Shown here: positions 43,670 through 55,798 of the stretch, in pieces
Numbering within the stretch: the stretch's first letter is position 1
Layout of the letters: each line of letters begins with the position of its first letter
DNA from: an uncultured Planctomycetota bacterium
GTDB lineage: Bacteria; Planctomycetota; Planctomycetia; Gemmatales; Gemmataceae
Assembly (NCBI GenBank): GCA_963849325.1
Contig: CAWKHF010000007.1
Coordinates: 544,001 to 608,000, forward strand
Reading direction: 5' to 3'
DNA: 64,000 nucleotides
The notes under the pieces: generated by a model
Seen by the model: the letters and a program-made list of their open reading frames with translations, nothing else
Databases searched by the model: none
What the model was told of the DNA's origin: nothing
Program-made: the position numbers and the translations under genes

Positions 43670-45112
43670 TTAGCGGCCACGAATCCTCGGCAGCGGATCG
43701 AGGCGCTGCCGGACGGCAAGACCGGCAGAAAAGGGACGACGATCCGCCGACGGAGGCACCGCGTTCGTCAAGGCGCGTTCCTCGACCGGCCGCAGATAGT
43801 GACGAGCGATGTACTCGGCCATCTCACGGCCGCAGCGCAAGCCCTCTTGATTGTCGAACTCGTAATGAATGCCGCCGTAGATGCGGCTGCGTCCGGCCTC
43901 TTGCGCGGCGGCCCAGAAACCGGGGAAGGAGCGGACGGCGCCGGCAGTCCCTTCCGAACCGATGCGGAAGGCGACGGCATCGGTGCCGAAGAAGTGGGCC
44001 AGCGCTGTGGCGGCGGCGCCGCTAAAGGTGCTGTGACCAGAGGGGTAGGATGGGAAGGGCGGCGTCGTCAGCAGCGAATCCCAATTACGATCCGGCGCGG
44101 TGTCGGGGTTGTCGTCGCGGTCGGCTTCGCGGATGGCCGTGATGGGCCGCCAGTAGCTGTAAGCGAATTTACCCTCCCAGCACAGGATGCCGGCGTCGGC
44201 CAGGCTGAGGTTGAGAAGGGCGAACAGGCGGGCGTTCTCGGTCAGGCTCAGGCCGCGCTGGCGGGAAGCGGTCTGGGCGATCTGGTTCCAGTGGCCCGGC
44301 GGCGTCACGCTGCCGTCGCCGTCGTTCCAGAACTGGGCGATCAAGGTCTGCTCCTCGGTGCGCCGGCTATTGTCGCGAGCACCCAACTCCTTGACTTCGT
44401 TGAACGCCGCGGCATAGGCGGCGCTGTTCAGGACCGGAGGCGCGGGAGGCATGAAGCGGGCGGTCCCTGGGATGGCGAAGGGCGTCATGTACCGCCACTG
44501 CGGCAGGAGGGCGTCTCGATAACCGGGCGGCGTCGGACGCCACAGTCCCGTTGTCAGCCGCGGCGTGTAGGAGACTCGATGGCGCGAACCGTCCTCCGCG
44601 CGCCAGGCCAGGATCTTTTCGGCGACGTGCTGCCCCAGGGCGACACCGCCCTGTTTCGCTCGTCCATCCGGGACGTTTTCCAGCGACGCATCCAGGGCGG
44701 CGTCGAGCTGCGCCACCAGGGCCGGGTACAACTCCACCAGGGTGCGATGTGCGGCGACGGCCGCCGCCGCCTCCGCCGAAGCCTCTCCATCCACGCGGGC
44801 ATCGACCCGATAGGCGCGGTATGTTCGTCCTCGGGCGTTCACGGCATCGTAGATGGCGGCGTGGACGATCGCCAGGTTGCGCGCCGCTCGCGGCGGCGGA
44901 GTACGATCCGCCTTGATCGCCCCCAGGGCGACCTCATTCCATTGCAAGACGACGTCCGACTGGACAGCGTCTGCTGACATGGGCTTGTCAGCAACGTGCG
45001 TCGGCGCCCCCTGGGGGATCGGCACCAGCCGCTCTTGCCCCGGCGGCGGTTCGGTCTGGGCGGCGCTGTCGGCGGCGGCGAGGAGGGCTGTCACGAGCAC
45101 GAAAGTGGACAT
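43670..45112 (-). CDS. Secreted vanadium-dependent haloperoxidase/PAP2-superfamily protein
   Basis: K....YWRP; PPFPSYPSGHS; SRIYGGIHY; signal peptide. Confidence 0.85.
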   Translation of the reverse strand: MSTFVLVTALLAAADSAAQTEPPPGQERLVPIPQGAPTHVADKPMSADAVQSDVVLQWNEVALGAIKADRTPPPRAARNLAIVHAAIYDAVNARGRTYRAYRVDARVDGEASAEAAAAVAAHRTLVELYPALVAQLDAALDASLENVPDGRAKQGGVALGQHVAEKILAWRAEDGSRHRVSYTPRLTTGLWRPTPPGYRDALLPQWRYMTPFAIPGTARFMPPAPPVLNSAAYAAAFNEVKELGARDNSRRTEEQTLIAQFWNDGDGSVTPPGHWNQIAQTASRQRGLSLTENARLFALLNLSLADAGILCWEGKFAYSYWRPITAIREADRDDNPDTAPDRNWDSLLTTPPFPSYPSGHSTFSGAAATALAHFFGTDAVAFRIGSEGTAGAVRSFPGFWAAAQEAGRSRIYGGIHYEFDNQEGLRCGREMAEYIARHYLRPVEERALTNAVPPSADRRPFSAGLAVRQRLDPLPRIRGR

Positions 45113-45483
45113 GGTTTGCCTCCGGACTCGAACGAACGGATGAGGGGAGGAGACACCCGCACTTCGGCGAACGATTTCGCCGAACTTACGTCCTGTTCCG
45201 CTTGTCGCTCCTGTTTCTTTTGTAAGTCAAAGCACGGCCCGTCACCACCCGCAAAGGCCGCGCGGCGGCGCGAAATGCCCTTGGCCGTCGCCTTATGCCG
45301 TTTGCACAAGCTTTGCGGAATACCCGGCCTGCGTCGTCGGCGGCAACGCGAACGATCATCCGGGGGAGGTTTGTAAGGACTGTGCGGCCTGGAGGGGAGC
45401 TTCCGATTTTCGCGGTCCTCTTTTCCCCCTGACGGAGTGGCAGGAGTATAATAATGGACGATAATTGAAGGCGAGCCGCCCAG

Positions 45484-45591
45484 AAGTTCTGAGTTCTGAG
45501 TTCTGAGTTCTGAGTGAAGAAAGACAAGAGATAGGAGACGGAGGACTGTTGTGTTGGGCACTCAGAACTCAGAACTCAGAACTCAGAACTT
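45484..45591. repeat. (GAGTTCT)4/(AGAACTC)4 heptamer hairpin element
   Basis: Fourth copy of the family, with a different loop sequence. Confidence 0.92.
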
Positions 45592-45610
45592 TACGAAGGG
45601 GGCAGGGAAG

Positions 45611-45841
45611 ATGCGCCGATTTCTGCTCGTGGGTCTGTTGTTCTCGGCCGGTTGCGCCGGCCTGATGGGGCCACGGAAACGCGACCTGGCTCCAGAAAAG
45701 ATTGATCCGCCGACCTTGCCCATCCCGGAACAGAAATACCGGGCGCGGGACCGGCTGGCATACCCCATGGAGGACCACTGGACGGCCCCCCGGACGTGGG
45801 CGGACATCCCCGCCGAGCAGTACGGCCGACTGAGCCATTGA
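45611..45841 (+). CDS. Small predicted lipoprotein
   Basis: MRRFLLVGLLFSAGC lipobox. Confidence 0.65.
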   Translation: MRRFLLVGLLFSAGCAGLMGPRKRDLAPEKIDPPTLPIPEQKYRARDRLAYPMEDHWTAPRTWADIPAEQYGRLSH

Positions 45842-45895
45842 GCGAAACGCGGCGATCGAGACCGAACCGCGACATCGACTCTTTCGAGGTGCATC

Positions 45896-46305
45896 ATGAG
45901 ACACGTTCGACTCACGGGAATGGTCTGTGTGCTTGCGGTCGGCTGCGCCGTGCCGCCGGAGCGCGTACCCATGCAGCCGCTGCCGGAGAATGGACCTCCG
46001 CTTCCCTACGCGGAGTTGCTGACCCGCGCACGGCCCAGGCCAGCGCGGCCACGGAGGCCTTTTACGTCAACCGCTGGGGCGACCTGGAGGATGCGGCCAA
46101 GGGACTCGAACAGACGGCGCGCTTTCTCGCCAAGGCCCAGGAAGTGCCGGCCAAAAACAAGGACATCCTCAATGAAGTGAGCGGCGACCTGGCCAAGACC
46201 GCCATCAAGCTCAAGGACGCGGCCGTCGCTCAGAACGTCAAAGATGCCAACGACGCCCTGCAACAGATCAACCTCAAGGTTCGCCAGCTGCGCCTGGCGG
46301 ATTGA
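45896..46305 (+). CDS. Predicted helical lipoprotein (indel near 46030)
   Basis: LAVGC lipobox; continues as QASAATEAFYVNRWGDLEDAAKGLEQTARFL... Confidence 0.65.
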
Positions 46306-46342
46306 GGCGACAGCGGCTCACAGGCTGGATGGGAGACTCCGT

Positions 46343-46606
46343 ATGCCACCGATTCCTCCTTTTTGGTTCAAGCAGCGACAGTGCAAGATGGAACCGGCCG
46401 GCGACGATCACACGTTGAAAGTGACCGGACCCAATCTCGGCGAGGCGTTCCTGCACATCCGACTCGGCGAGAACAATCGCTGGCGCGCCGCCATGCGTCG
46501 CAGCGCCGAGGGACCGGAGGAGGCGGCCACCGAACCCCAATTCGACAACCCGACGGATGCCTGGGAAGCCGCCTTCGAGTTGTACCGAACGCGCGTGATT
46601 GTGTGA
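46343..46606 (+). CDS. Hypothetical protein
   Basis: GGGAG SD; MPPIPPFWFKQRQ...AWEAAFELYR; protein-like composition. Confidence 0.65.
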   Translation: MPPIPPFWFKQRQCKMEPAGDDHTLKVTGPNLGEAFLHIRLGENNRWRAAMRRSAEGPEEAATEPQFDNPTDAWEAAFELYRTRVIV

Positions 46607-46626
46607 ACGAGAATACGCATGGACGA

Positions 46627-46699
46627 TCCGAGCCTGAAGCGTAAGCGAAGAGACGGCAACCTTCGGTTGCCGTCTCTTCGCTTACGCTTCAGGCTCGGA
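46627..46699. repeat. Long perfect hairpin (GC-GTAA-GC REP type, CTTCGG apex) between convergent genes
   Basis: About 34-bp perfect inverted repeat. Confidence 0.85.
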
Positions 46700-46722
46700 A
46701 ATACAAACAGCCCCCGGGATGC

Positions 46723-47058
46723 CTACTTGGCCTTGCCGGCACGCAGTTCCTTCAAGCGGGCTTTCTGAGCATCGCTCAGGATGTTGTCCAGGTCCGTCTT
46801 TTCCTGCTCCTTCAGCGCCGCGATCTGACGCTGCAGCTCCTCGATCTTCTCCTGATACTTGCCGCGGATTTTGTAAATGTCTTTCCGCTGGGCGTCACTC
46901 AAGCCCAACTGTTTGAAGTAACGGGGTAGCTGGGACTTGACGACGACCGGCTCCTTCTCCGTCTTTTTGTCCTCCGCCTTCTTGTCCTCGCCCATGAGGA
47001 AACCACTGGTCAGCAACGCCACGACGAACATCGACGCCAACAACTTCAGGCGATACAT
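46723..47058 (-). CDS. Secreted Spy/CpxP-like helical protein
   Basis: Signal peptide; LGLSDAQ and ILSDAQK (LTxxQ-like) motifs. Confidence 0.7.
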   Translation of the reverse strand: MYRLKLLASMFVVALLTSGFLMGEDKKAEDKKTEKEPVVVKSQLPRYFKQLGLSDAQRKDIYKIRGKYQEKIEELQRQIAALKEQEKTDLDNILSDAQKARLKELRAGKAK

Positions 47059-47240
47059 CGCAGTCCTCCGAAGGTTAGGGAATAGAAGAGACCCCGTTCC
47101 ATCCCAGAGTATCTTCCCCGGCGCTGGGGGAAGCAACGGAAAAAAGTGGGATTCTCGCTTTTTTGCGGAGTCGGGCAGACTTTGCCGGCGGGATCGGCTG
47201 ACCGTGTCCGGAAAAACTTGACCGAAAGTCAAAAAGTTCC

Positions 47241-47268
47241 TTGCCTTGGCTCTCGTGGTCGATATACT
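47241..47268 (+). promoter_or_regulatory. Sigma70-like promoter TTGCCT-N16-TATACT
   Basis: Hexamers in an AT-rich patch upstream of the 60-aa ORF. Confidence 0.5.
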
Positions 47269-47334
47269 TTTCACACATCCTTTTTCCCCTGGCTGCGTGG
47301 CCGGGGACGGATTGAAACATGAGGAAAAGCGGTC

Positions 47335-47517
47335 ATGTTAAGCAGTGTCGCGGCGGAGGTGGACTTTATCGAGGAATTGCGTCTGCGCCGCTGGGCGCGC
47401 GAACATTACGTTCCACGCCATCAGCGGGAGATGTCCTGGCATCCGGTCATTCTCGATGAAATGACCCGCAAAGACGGCGAGATGTCCGAGGTCGAACCCG
47501 TCTGCACCTGCGCCTGA
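47335..47517 (+). CDS. Small hypothetical protein (60 aa)
   Basis: GAGGA SD; DFIEELRLRRWARE.YVP...SWHPVILDEM; own promoter and downstream hairpin. Confidence 0.7.
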   Translation: MLSSVAAEVDFIEELRLRRWAREHYVPRHQREMSWHPVILDEMTRKDGEMSEVEPVCTCA

Positions 47518-47541
47518 TCGGTCTGTCCCGATCGGCAATCC

Positions 47542-47586
47542 CGAACCCCGAAGGCGCCATCACACCGTTGACCCCTTCGGGGTTCG
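47542..47586 (+). terminator. Terminator-like hairpin
   Basis: CGAACCCCGAAGG / CCTTCGGGGTTCG followed by TGTTT. Confidence 0.5.
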
Positions 47587-47718
47587 TGTTTCCTCCCGAC
47601 CCCGCAAATCGCTCCTCTTCCCTTCTCTTCCGAAATAACGCCACCTGATGGTGGCATCGTCTTGCCGCGTCCGTTACACTCGGGAAAATCGCCTTCCCTC
47701 CTGAGACGCGCAACCATC

Positions 47719-49099
47719 ATGCCTGTCGTCATCTCCGATGTGTCCCTGCCCGTGCGAAGTCATTCCTGGAAGTGGTGGGTCTGCGGCTTGCTGCTGCTGG
47801 CCACCATGGTCAACTACATGGATCGTCTGACGCTGAATCAGATGTCCCTACCGATCATGGCCGAGTTCGATTTGCAGCCGCGAGAGTACGGCCAACTCGA
47901 ATCGGCGTTCGGCGTCGCTTTCGCGCTGGGGGCGGTGTTCATGGGATGGCTGGCGGATCGCTGGAACGTGCGTTGGATCTATCCCGCCGCTGTGCTGTTG
48001 GGCTTCCTCACCGGTCTGGCGGCTGGCTTCCTCACTCTGTTGATTTGCCGCTTTCTGCTTGGCCTGGCCGAGTCGGGCAACTGGCCCTGCGCCCTCCGCA
48101 CCACGCAGCGCATCCTGCCGCCCTCCGAACGCGCCATGGGTAACAGCATCTTGCAGAGCGGCGCCGCCATCGGCGCCGTCCTGACGCCGCTCATCGTCTT
48201 CGTCCTTTTTCGGGAGGAACGTCCCAGTACCTGGCGTTTGCCGTTTTTGGCCGTCGGCGTGCTGGGACTGCTGTGGGTCGCTGCCTGGATGGGGAGCGTT
48301 CGTGGCCAGGACCTTGCCCTGGAACATCGGAGCCGATCGCCGTCGCCGCTGCCGATCCTCGGCTGGCTGATCGTCCTGTACGGCATCGATCTCGGCGTTC
48401 ACGTCCTTTTCGCGGATCGTCCCTCGATCCCCGTGGCCGTCAAGTTCGGAGTGACGGCCCTCGGCGTGGGCGGCGTGGTCTACTGGCTGGCGCGGGTGAT
48501 GAGCGAGGAAAGCGGACCCGAGCGCAAGCGGTTCTTCCGGCGCTTCCGCGTGCTGGCGGTCCTGGTGGTGACGATCAACATGACGTGGCATTTCTTCCGC
48601 GCCTGGCTGCCGTTGTTTCTGCAACAGCAGCACGGCTACAGTCTGCAAGCCTTCGGCTGGTTCAGCATGGCCTACTATCTCGCCACCGATGCCGGTTGCC
48701 TGGCGGCGGGTTTCGTGACGCTGCGACTGGCGCGCGGCGGAATGCCGGTACACGCCAGTCGTGTGCTCGTCTTCTCGGGTCTGCGCCGTGGTGACGACGT
48801 TGAGCCTGGCCGCCGCCGTCTTGCCAGCGGGCTGGCCGCTGCTGGCCGTGCTGCTCGTCATCGGCTTCGCCTGTCTGGGCTTGTTCCCGAGCTATTATTC
48901 CTTCGCCCAGGAGCTGACCATCCGCCATCAAGGGAAGTTGTCGGGAGCACTGGGCTGCATCTCCTGGATGTTCATGTCGCTGTTGCACGAGGTTGTGGGC
49001 GACTGGGTGCAGCGAACCGGCTCGTACTCGCAAGGCGTGGCCTGCGCCGGCTTGCTGCCGTTGATCGGCGTCGCGGTCCTGGTCCTCTTCTGGGGCTGA
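47719..49099 (+). CDS. MFS transporter, ExuT/ACS-like (indel near 48780)
   Basis: ATMVNYMDR; GWLADR; RFLLGLAESGNWP; GAAIGA. Confidence 0.85.
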
Positions 49100-49221
49100 A
49101 CGCCATCGGGGTCGTGCCGGGCTTGTCTGCCCCTCGGGGGTTGGATAACTTGAGTCCAGTCCTGCAGGCGGTCCCCGATGTCCACCGTGGGGCTAAGGGT
49201 CACGAGCCAAATGCACTTTGA

Positions 49222-49331
49222 ACCACGGATAGCACGGATAACACGGATAAAATAAAACATAAGAAGCGTTCCAGAAGCGTTTCTGGTTTTTCTTTATCCG
49301 TGTCATCCGTGTCATCCGTGTTATCCGTGGT
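49222..49331. repeat. Nonamer (CACGGATAA)n long hairpin
   Basis: Inverted nonamer arrays with an AT-rich core, upstream of sdhA. Confidence 0.85.
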
Positions 49332-49391
49332 CAAAATTGCATTTGGTTCGAGTCTCGAAACGAGAAGACCGTGTTCGCGAGAGAGGCAGCC

Positions 49392-51307
<1,916 letters not shown>

Positions 51308-51309
51308 CG

Positions 51310-52063
51310 ATGAATTTCACCTTGCACGTGTGGCGGCAGAAGGACACTCATGACGCCGGCCGCATGGTCAGCTACGACGCCCGCGGCATCGCTCCGGACA
51401 TGTCGTTTCTAGAAATGCTCGACGTGGTCAACCAGGAGCTGATCGAGAAGGGCGAGGAACCGATCGCCTTCGACAGCGATTGCCGCGAGGGCATCTGCGG
51501 CAGCTGCGGCCTGATGATCGACGGTTACGCCCACAGCCGCGAACGGGGCGTGGCCAGCCTGTCAGGTGTACATGCGGAATTTCGTGGACGGTCAGGAAAT
51601 CTACGTCGAGCCGTGGCGGGCGCGGGCGTTTCCGGTAGTCAAGGATCTGGTCGTCGATCGCGGCGCTCTGGACCGCATCATCCAGGTGGGCGGCTTCGTA
51701 TCGGTCAACACCGGCGGAGCGCCGGACGGTAACGCGCTGCCGGTACCCAAGCCGAACGCCGAGCTGGCCATGGACGCGGCGGCGTGCATCGGCTGCGGAG
51801 CGTGCGTGGCGGCGTGCAAAAACGCCTCGGCCATGCTGTTCACCGCCGCCAAGGTGTCGCACCTGGCGCTGTTGCCGCAGGGACGACCCGAACGACATGC
51901 CCGCGTCCGCCGGATGGTCGAGCAGATGGACCACGAGGGTTTCGGTAACTGCACCAACTATTACGAGTGCGAGGCTGCCTGCCCCAAGGAGATCAGCGTC
52001 CAGTTCATCGCTCGGATGAACCGCGAGTACCTCGCCGCTTGCCTGACCAGTGACAATTCGTAA
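51310..52063 (+). CDS. sdhB: Succinate dehydrogenase/fumarate reductase Fe-S subunit (indel near 51560)
   Basis: [25 protein letters not shown]...ECEAACPK. Confidence 0.93.
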
Positions 52064-52065
52064 CC

Positions 52066-52129
52066 GGCGAGCGGGGGGCGTTAGCCCCCTGTTGAATTGG
52101 TAACAGGGGGCTGACGCCCCCCGCTCGCC
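52066..52129. repeat. REP-like palindrome pair (GGGGGC-GTTA-GCCCCC)
   Basis: Sister of 29901-29967. Confidence 0.85.
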
Positions 52130-52144
52130 TTTCGGGAACCCGCC

Positions 52145-53344
52145 TTGCGCTCGCGCCTGTGTCTGCTGATGTTCTTGCAGTACGCGCCGTCCGGCGCCAT
52201 GCTGCCGCAGTACAGTCTGTATTTGCAGAACCAGCTCGGCTTCAATGCTCTGGAGGTAGCGGCGTGCTGCGCCACGCAGGCGGTGGCGACCGTCTGCGCC
52301 TCGCTCCTGGCCGGCCATGTCGCCGACCGTTGGGTATCGGCCGAACGCCTCCTCGGCGTCTGCGCCCTGCTGGGCGGCCTCGATCTGTGGTTGCTGGCCG
52401 GACAGACGCAGGCGACGCCCGTCTTCGTCGCCACACTCGTCTTCTGGCTGTTGACCGGCCCCATCTGGATGCTGGGCGCGACCATCGGTTTCGCGCATCT
52501 GAAGCACCCGGAACGCCAGTTCGGCCCGGTGCGCCTGTGGGGCACGGTTGGCTGGATGTCGGCCGCCTGGCTGGTGGGTTACTGGTTCGACAATCCCGCC
52601 TGGTTGTGCGATCTCGTCGGCTGGCTGCGTCCCGACCAGCCGCACAGCGAGATGGCCGACATTTTCCGCATTGGCGGCGTGCTGTCGTTCGTGCTGACGG
52701 CCTACAGTCTGTTGTTGCCGCATACACCGCCGCGGCCGGCACCGGGTGGAACGCCGGCACCGTTGGCCGCCCTGCGCCTGCTGCGTGGCCGCGACTTCTT
52801 CGTCTACGCTCTCGGCCTGTTCGGCGTGTGCGTGACCTACCCGTTCGGCACGCAAGGCACTCCGCTGCTCCTGGATCAACTCGGCGTCTCACGCGCCTGG
52901 ATGCCGCGCATCCTGACCTTGGCCCAGCTGACAGAGGTGCTGGCGCTGGCCCTGCTGCCGATGTTTCTGCTGCGCCTGGGGGTGCGCGGCACGATGCTGG
53001 TCGGGCTATCAGCGTGGACGGTGGCGTTGTGTTCGCAGGCCATCGGCCGGCCGGTCGAACTGGTGGCCGGTTCGTTGTGCCTCAACGGCTTGTGCATCGC
53101 CGGCTATTTCGTGGCCGGACAGGTCTTCGTCAACGGCCGTGTCGGCGACGGCTTACGGGCCAGCGTGCAATCGCTGCTAACATTCGTCAACGGCCTGGGG
53201 ATGCTGCTGGGCAACCTGCTGTTCGGCTGGCTGCGTCTCCGCGCCAGCGGCGAGCTGCCGCAGGCGTTCGCCGTCGGGGCCGCTCTTATGGCCGGCCTGG
53301 TGCTGGTGTTCCTGCTCGGCTTCGGCACTGCCGACAAACGATGA
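52145..53344 (+). CDS. MFS nucleoside:H+ symporter-like transporter
   Basis: MFLQYA; VADRW.SAER; FGPVRLWGTVGW; LAQLTEV; RASVQSL. Confidence 0.8.
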   Translation: MRSRLCLLMFLQYAPSGAMLPQYSLYLQNQLGFNALEVAACCATQAVATVCASLLAGHVADRWVSAERLLGVCALLGGLDLWLLAGQTQATPVFVATLVFWLLTGPIWMLGATIGFAHLKHPERQFGPVRLWGTVGWMSAAWLVGYWFDNPAWLCDLVGWLRPDQPHSEMADIFRIGGVLSFVLTAYSLLLPHTPPRPAPGGTPAPLAALRLLRGRDFFVYALGLFGVCVTYPFGTQGTPLLLDQLGVSRAWMPRILTLAQLTEVLALALLPMFLLRLGVRGTMLVGLSAWTVALCSQAIGRPVELVAGSLCLNGLCIAGYFVAGQVFVNGRVGDGLRASVQSLLTFVNGLGMLLGNLLFGWLRLRASGELPQAFAVGAALMAGLVLVFLLGFGTADKR

Positions 53345-53395
53345 ACAGGAGAGCAGCGTCTTGCGACGGCTGCTTCACGGCGATATGATGGCGCG

Positions 53396-53698
53396 ATGGA
53401 TGACGTGCAGCGAGAGGCGTTGGCCGTGCTGGCCGAGGTCTGGGCATTGTCGCCCGACATCCGGCTCGGTCAGTTGTTCGCCCATCTGGGTTTCCTGGGC
53501 GAAGCCCACCTTGGGCGTGGGTTGGGGTACATCGAAGATGATGAACTCCTCGCGGTCTTGTACCGTCACCGGGCGGAGTTGGCGGCCCGGTTACAAGGCA
53601 CGCTCGATCAGGCGGCGCCGCCAGTCGGCTCCGCCACCTCCGTTTCGGGGAGCCCGACATTGCCGGCGGAGGCGCCACCAATACCCGAGCGGCGTTAA
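53396..53698 (+). CDS. Hypothetical protein (weakly YihD/DUF1040-like)
   Basis: W...PDIRLGQL...IEDDELL pattern. Confidence 0.5.
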   Translation: MDDVQREALAVLAEVWALSPDIRLGQLFAHLGFLGEAHLGRGLGYIEDDELLAVLYRHRAELAARLQGTLDQAAPPVGSATSVSGSPTLPAEAPPIPERR

Positions 53699-53747
53699 GC
53701 AGTGCGGTTTGTTGCTATGCGGCGAGTTGTGACTCGCCTGCCTCCCA

Positions 53748-54233
53748 TCACTCCACCGTCACCAATTCCACTTCTCGACTGCCCAGGTCCAGTAAGAGAA
53801 ACGTCTTCGGCCGCGCTCGGTGCAGTGCTCCCGGATTGATGACGCGCGTCGGGCCGGTGCGGTGCTCCTCCGCCTGGTGCGTGTGGCCGTAGAACAGAAA
53901 ATCGTAATAGCCGGAATGCTCCACGTCGCGCATCAGCGCCTTGTCGTCTCCGTGAAGAAACGCCAGCTTCACGCCCTCCAGTTCGACGCTGCCGAAGGGC
54001 TCGTGCAGCGTCGCGCCGATTTCGGCCATCGCTTCTCGTAGTGGCCCCTTGTCGATGTCGCAGTTGCCGAAGACGAAATGGGCCGTGAAATCGCGGAATC
54101 GCAGGACCGTTTCGGGATCGTCAATGTCGCCGCAGTGCAGGACGGTCGTGATGCCGCGCTGGCGCAGCTCGGCCAAGGCAAGGTGTACCGTGAGACGATT
54201 GCCGTGCGTGTCGCTGACGACGCCGATGCGCAT
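53748..54233 (-). CDS. YfcE/MJ0936-family metallophosphoesterase
   Basis: SDTHG; HCGD; GNCD; HGD; GHTH; INPG. Confidence 0.9.
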   Translation of the reverse strand: MRIGVVSDTHGNRLTVHLALAELRQRGITTVLHCGDIDDPETVLRFRDFTAHFVFGNCDIDKGPLREAMAEIGATLHEPFGSVELEGVKLAFLHGDDKALMRDVEHSGYYDFLFYGHTHQAEEHRTGPTRVINPGALHRARPKTFLLLDLGSREVELVTVE

Positions 54234-54358
54234 GTCGCTCTCCTGGTGGGTCTGGCGGCTTTTGTTGTATCGATCGGGACGCGAACCCGTCAATCCGCGT
54301 TGGCCGTCGCCGCCTCATTCGCTACCCTGAGAAGGAAAGGAGTCTGTTGAACCGACCC

Positions 54359-54772
54359 ATGACCCGACGCTCTCGTGCCCGTGAAGTGGCCTTGCAACTG
54401 CTCTTCCAACGCGACCTCAACGCACGGATCGACCGCGCCGTCCTGGAACGCTTTGTCCGCGACCGCCTGCGCGACGACGGCCTGGTATCGTTCTGTCTCG
54501 TCTTGTACGACGGCGTCATCGCCCAGCAGACTGACATCGATCGCCGCTTGAGCGAGGCGGCCGAAAACTGGCGCCTGGTCCGCATGGCCGCCGTCGATCG
54601 CAACGTCCTCCGCCTGGGCGCGTACGAACTGCTGCACACACCCGACACGCCGCCCAACGTCGCCCTCGATGAGGCGATCGAGCTGGCGCGGCGCTACGGT
54701 TCGGCCGACTCGCCCGCCTTCGTCAATGGCGTCCTGGACCATCTGCGTCCGCCCTCCCCTTCCCCCGCGTGA
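54359..54772 (+). CDS. nusB: Transcription antitermination factor NusB
   Basis: RSRAREVALQ; NW...RMA.VDRNVLRLGAYE; DEAIELARRYG; FVNGVLD. Confidence 0.95.
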   Translation: MTRRSRAREVALQLLFQRDLNARIDRAVLERFVRDRLRDDGLVSFCLVLYDGVIAQQTDIDRRLSEAAENWRLVRMAAVDRNVLRLGAYELLHTPDTPPNVALDEAIELARRYGSADSPAFVNGVLDHLRPPSPSPA

Positions 54773-54774
54773 CG

Positions 54775-55637
54775 ATGCCGGCCGGACAACCCTTTACCTC
54801 TCTGTGTCAGCTCGCCGCTCGCGGCCGTCACGCCGGCCGCGTCGATCTGCACGTCCACACCACGCACAGCGACGGCACCTACACGCCGGCGCAGGTCGTC
54901 GATCTCGCCCGCCGTGCCGGCCTGGCCGCCCTCGCTATCACCGATCACGACGCCCTCGGCGGCGTGTCCGTGGCCGTCAATGCCGCAGCCGGTTCCCCCG
55001 TGGAGATCGTGCCCGGCGTCGAGATCACGACCGAATATCGACAGCGCGAGCTGCACTTACTGGCGTACTTCGTCGTCCTGGATCACGCGGGGTTATCGGC
55101 CGCTCTCGAAGACATCCGCCGTCATCGCGTCGAGCGCTTCCGCGAGATGGTCGAGCGCTTGCGCGGCTGCGGCGTGTCCCTTGAGGGAGAGGAGCAGCGT
55201 TTCCACGGCTCGACCGAGGCGCTGGGCCGGCGGCATCTCGCCGAGATGCTGGTCCGCGCGCGCCGGGTGACGACGGTGCGCGAAGCGTTCCAGCGTTACC
55301 TCGGCGACAGGGGCAGCGTGGCCGTGCCGAAGAAACGGCTGCCGGTGGATGAGGCGCTGGCCCTGGTCGGCGATGCCGGCGGCGTTGCGGCGTGGGCGCA
55401 CCCGCCTTATGATTGCACTCAGGAGAACCTCGCCGAACTTCACGGACTCGGGCTGGGGGCGGTCGAGGTCGAATATCCCGACGTGCGCCGCGCGCGCTGC
55501 TGGAACTGCGGGGCTGGGCGGGGCGGCTGGGCCTGGCCGTGACCGGCGGCAGTGATTGCCACGGGCCGGGACGGCGCGGCGTCGGGACGTGTACGGTGTC
55601 CGCCGACGAGTTCGGCCGACTCCGCCAACGGATTTGA
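54775..55637 (+). CDS. PHP-domain phosphoesterase (TrpH/YciV-like; indel near 55500)
   Basis: DLHVHTTHSDG; ITDHD; GVEI; HLLAY; AHP; TGGSDCHG. Confidence 0.9.
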
Positions 55638-55640
55638 GGG

Positions 55641-55780
55641 GAACAAGAAGAGCCTCACGCAAAGGCGCAAAGAACGCAAAGAAAGACGAGATAAAGAACG
55701 ACAAGATAGATGAGGGCCGACTCTTTTTTCCTGCGTTTTCTTTGCGTTCTTTGCGCCTTTGCGTGAGGCTCTTCTTGTTC
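55641..55780. repeat. Nonamer (CGCAAAGNN)n hairpin with 44-bp perfect arms
   Basis: GAACAAGAAGAGCCTCACGCAAAGGCGCAAAGAACGCAAAGAAA and its exact reverse complement. Confidence 0.9.
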
Positions 55781-55798
55781 GATTCATCGAGGTAGGAC

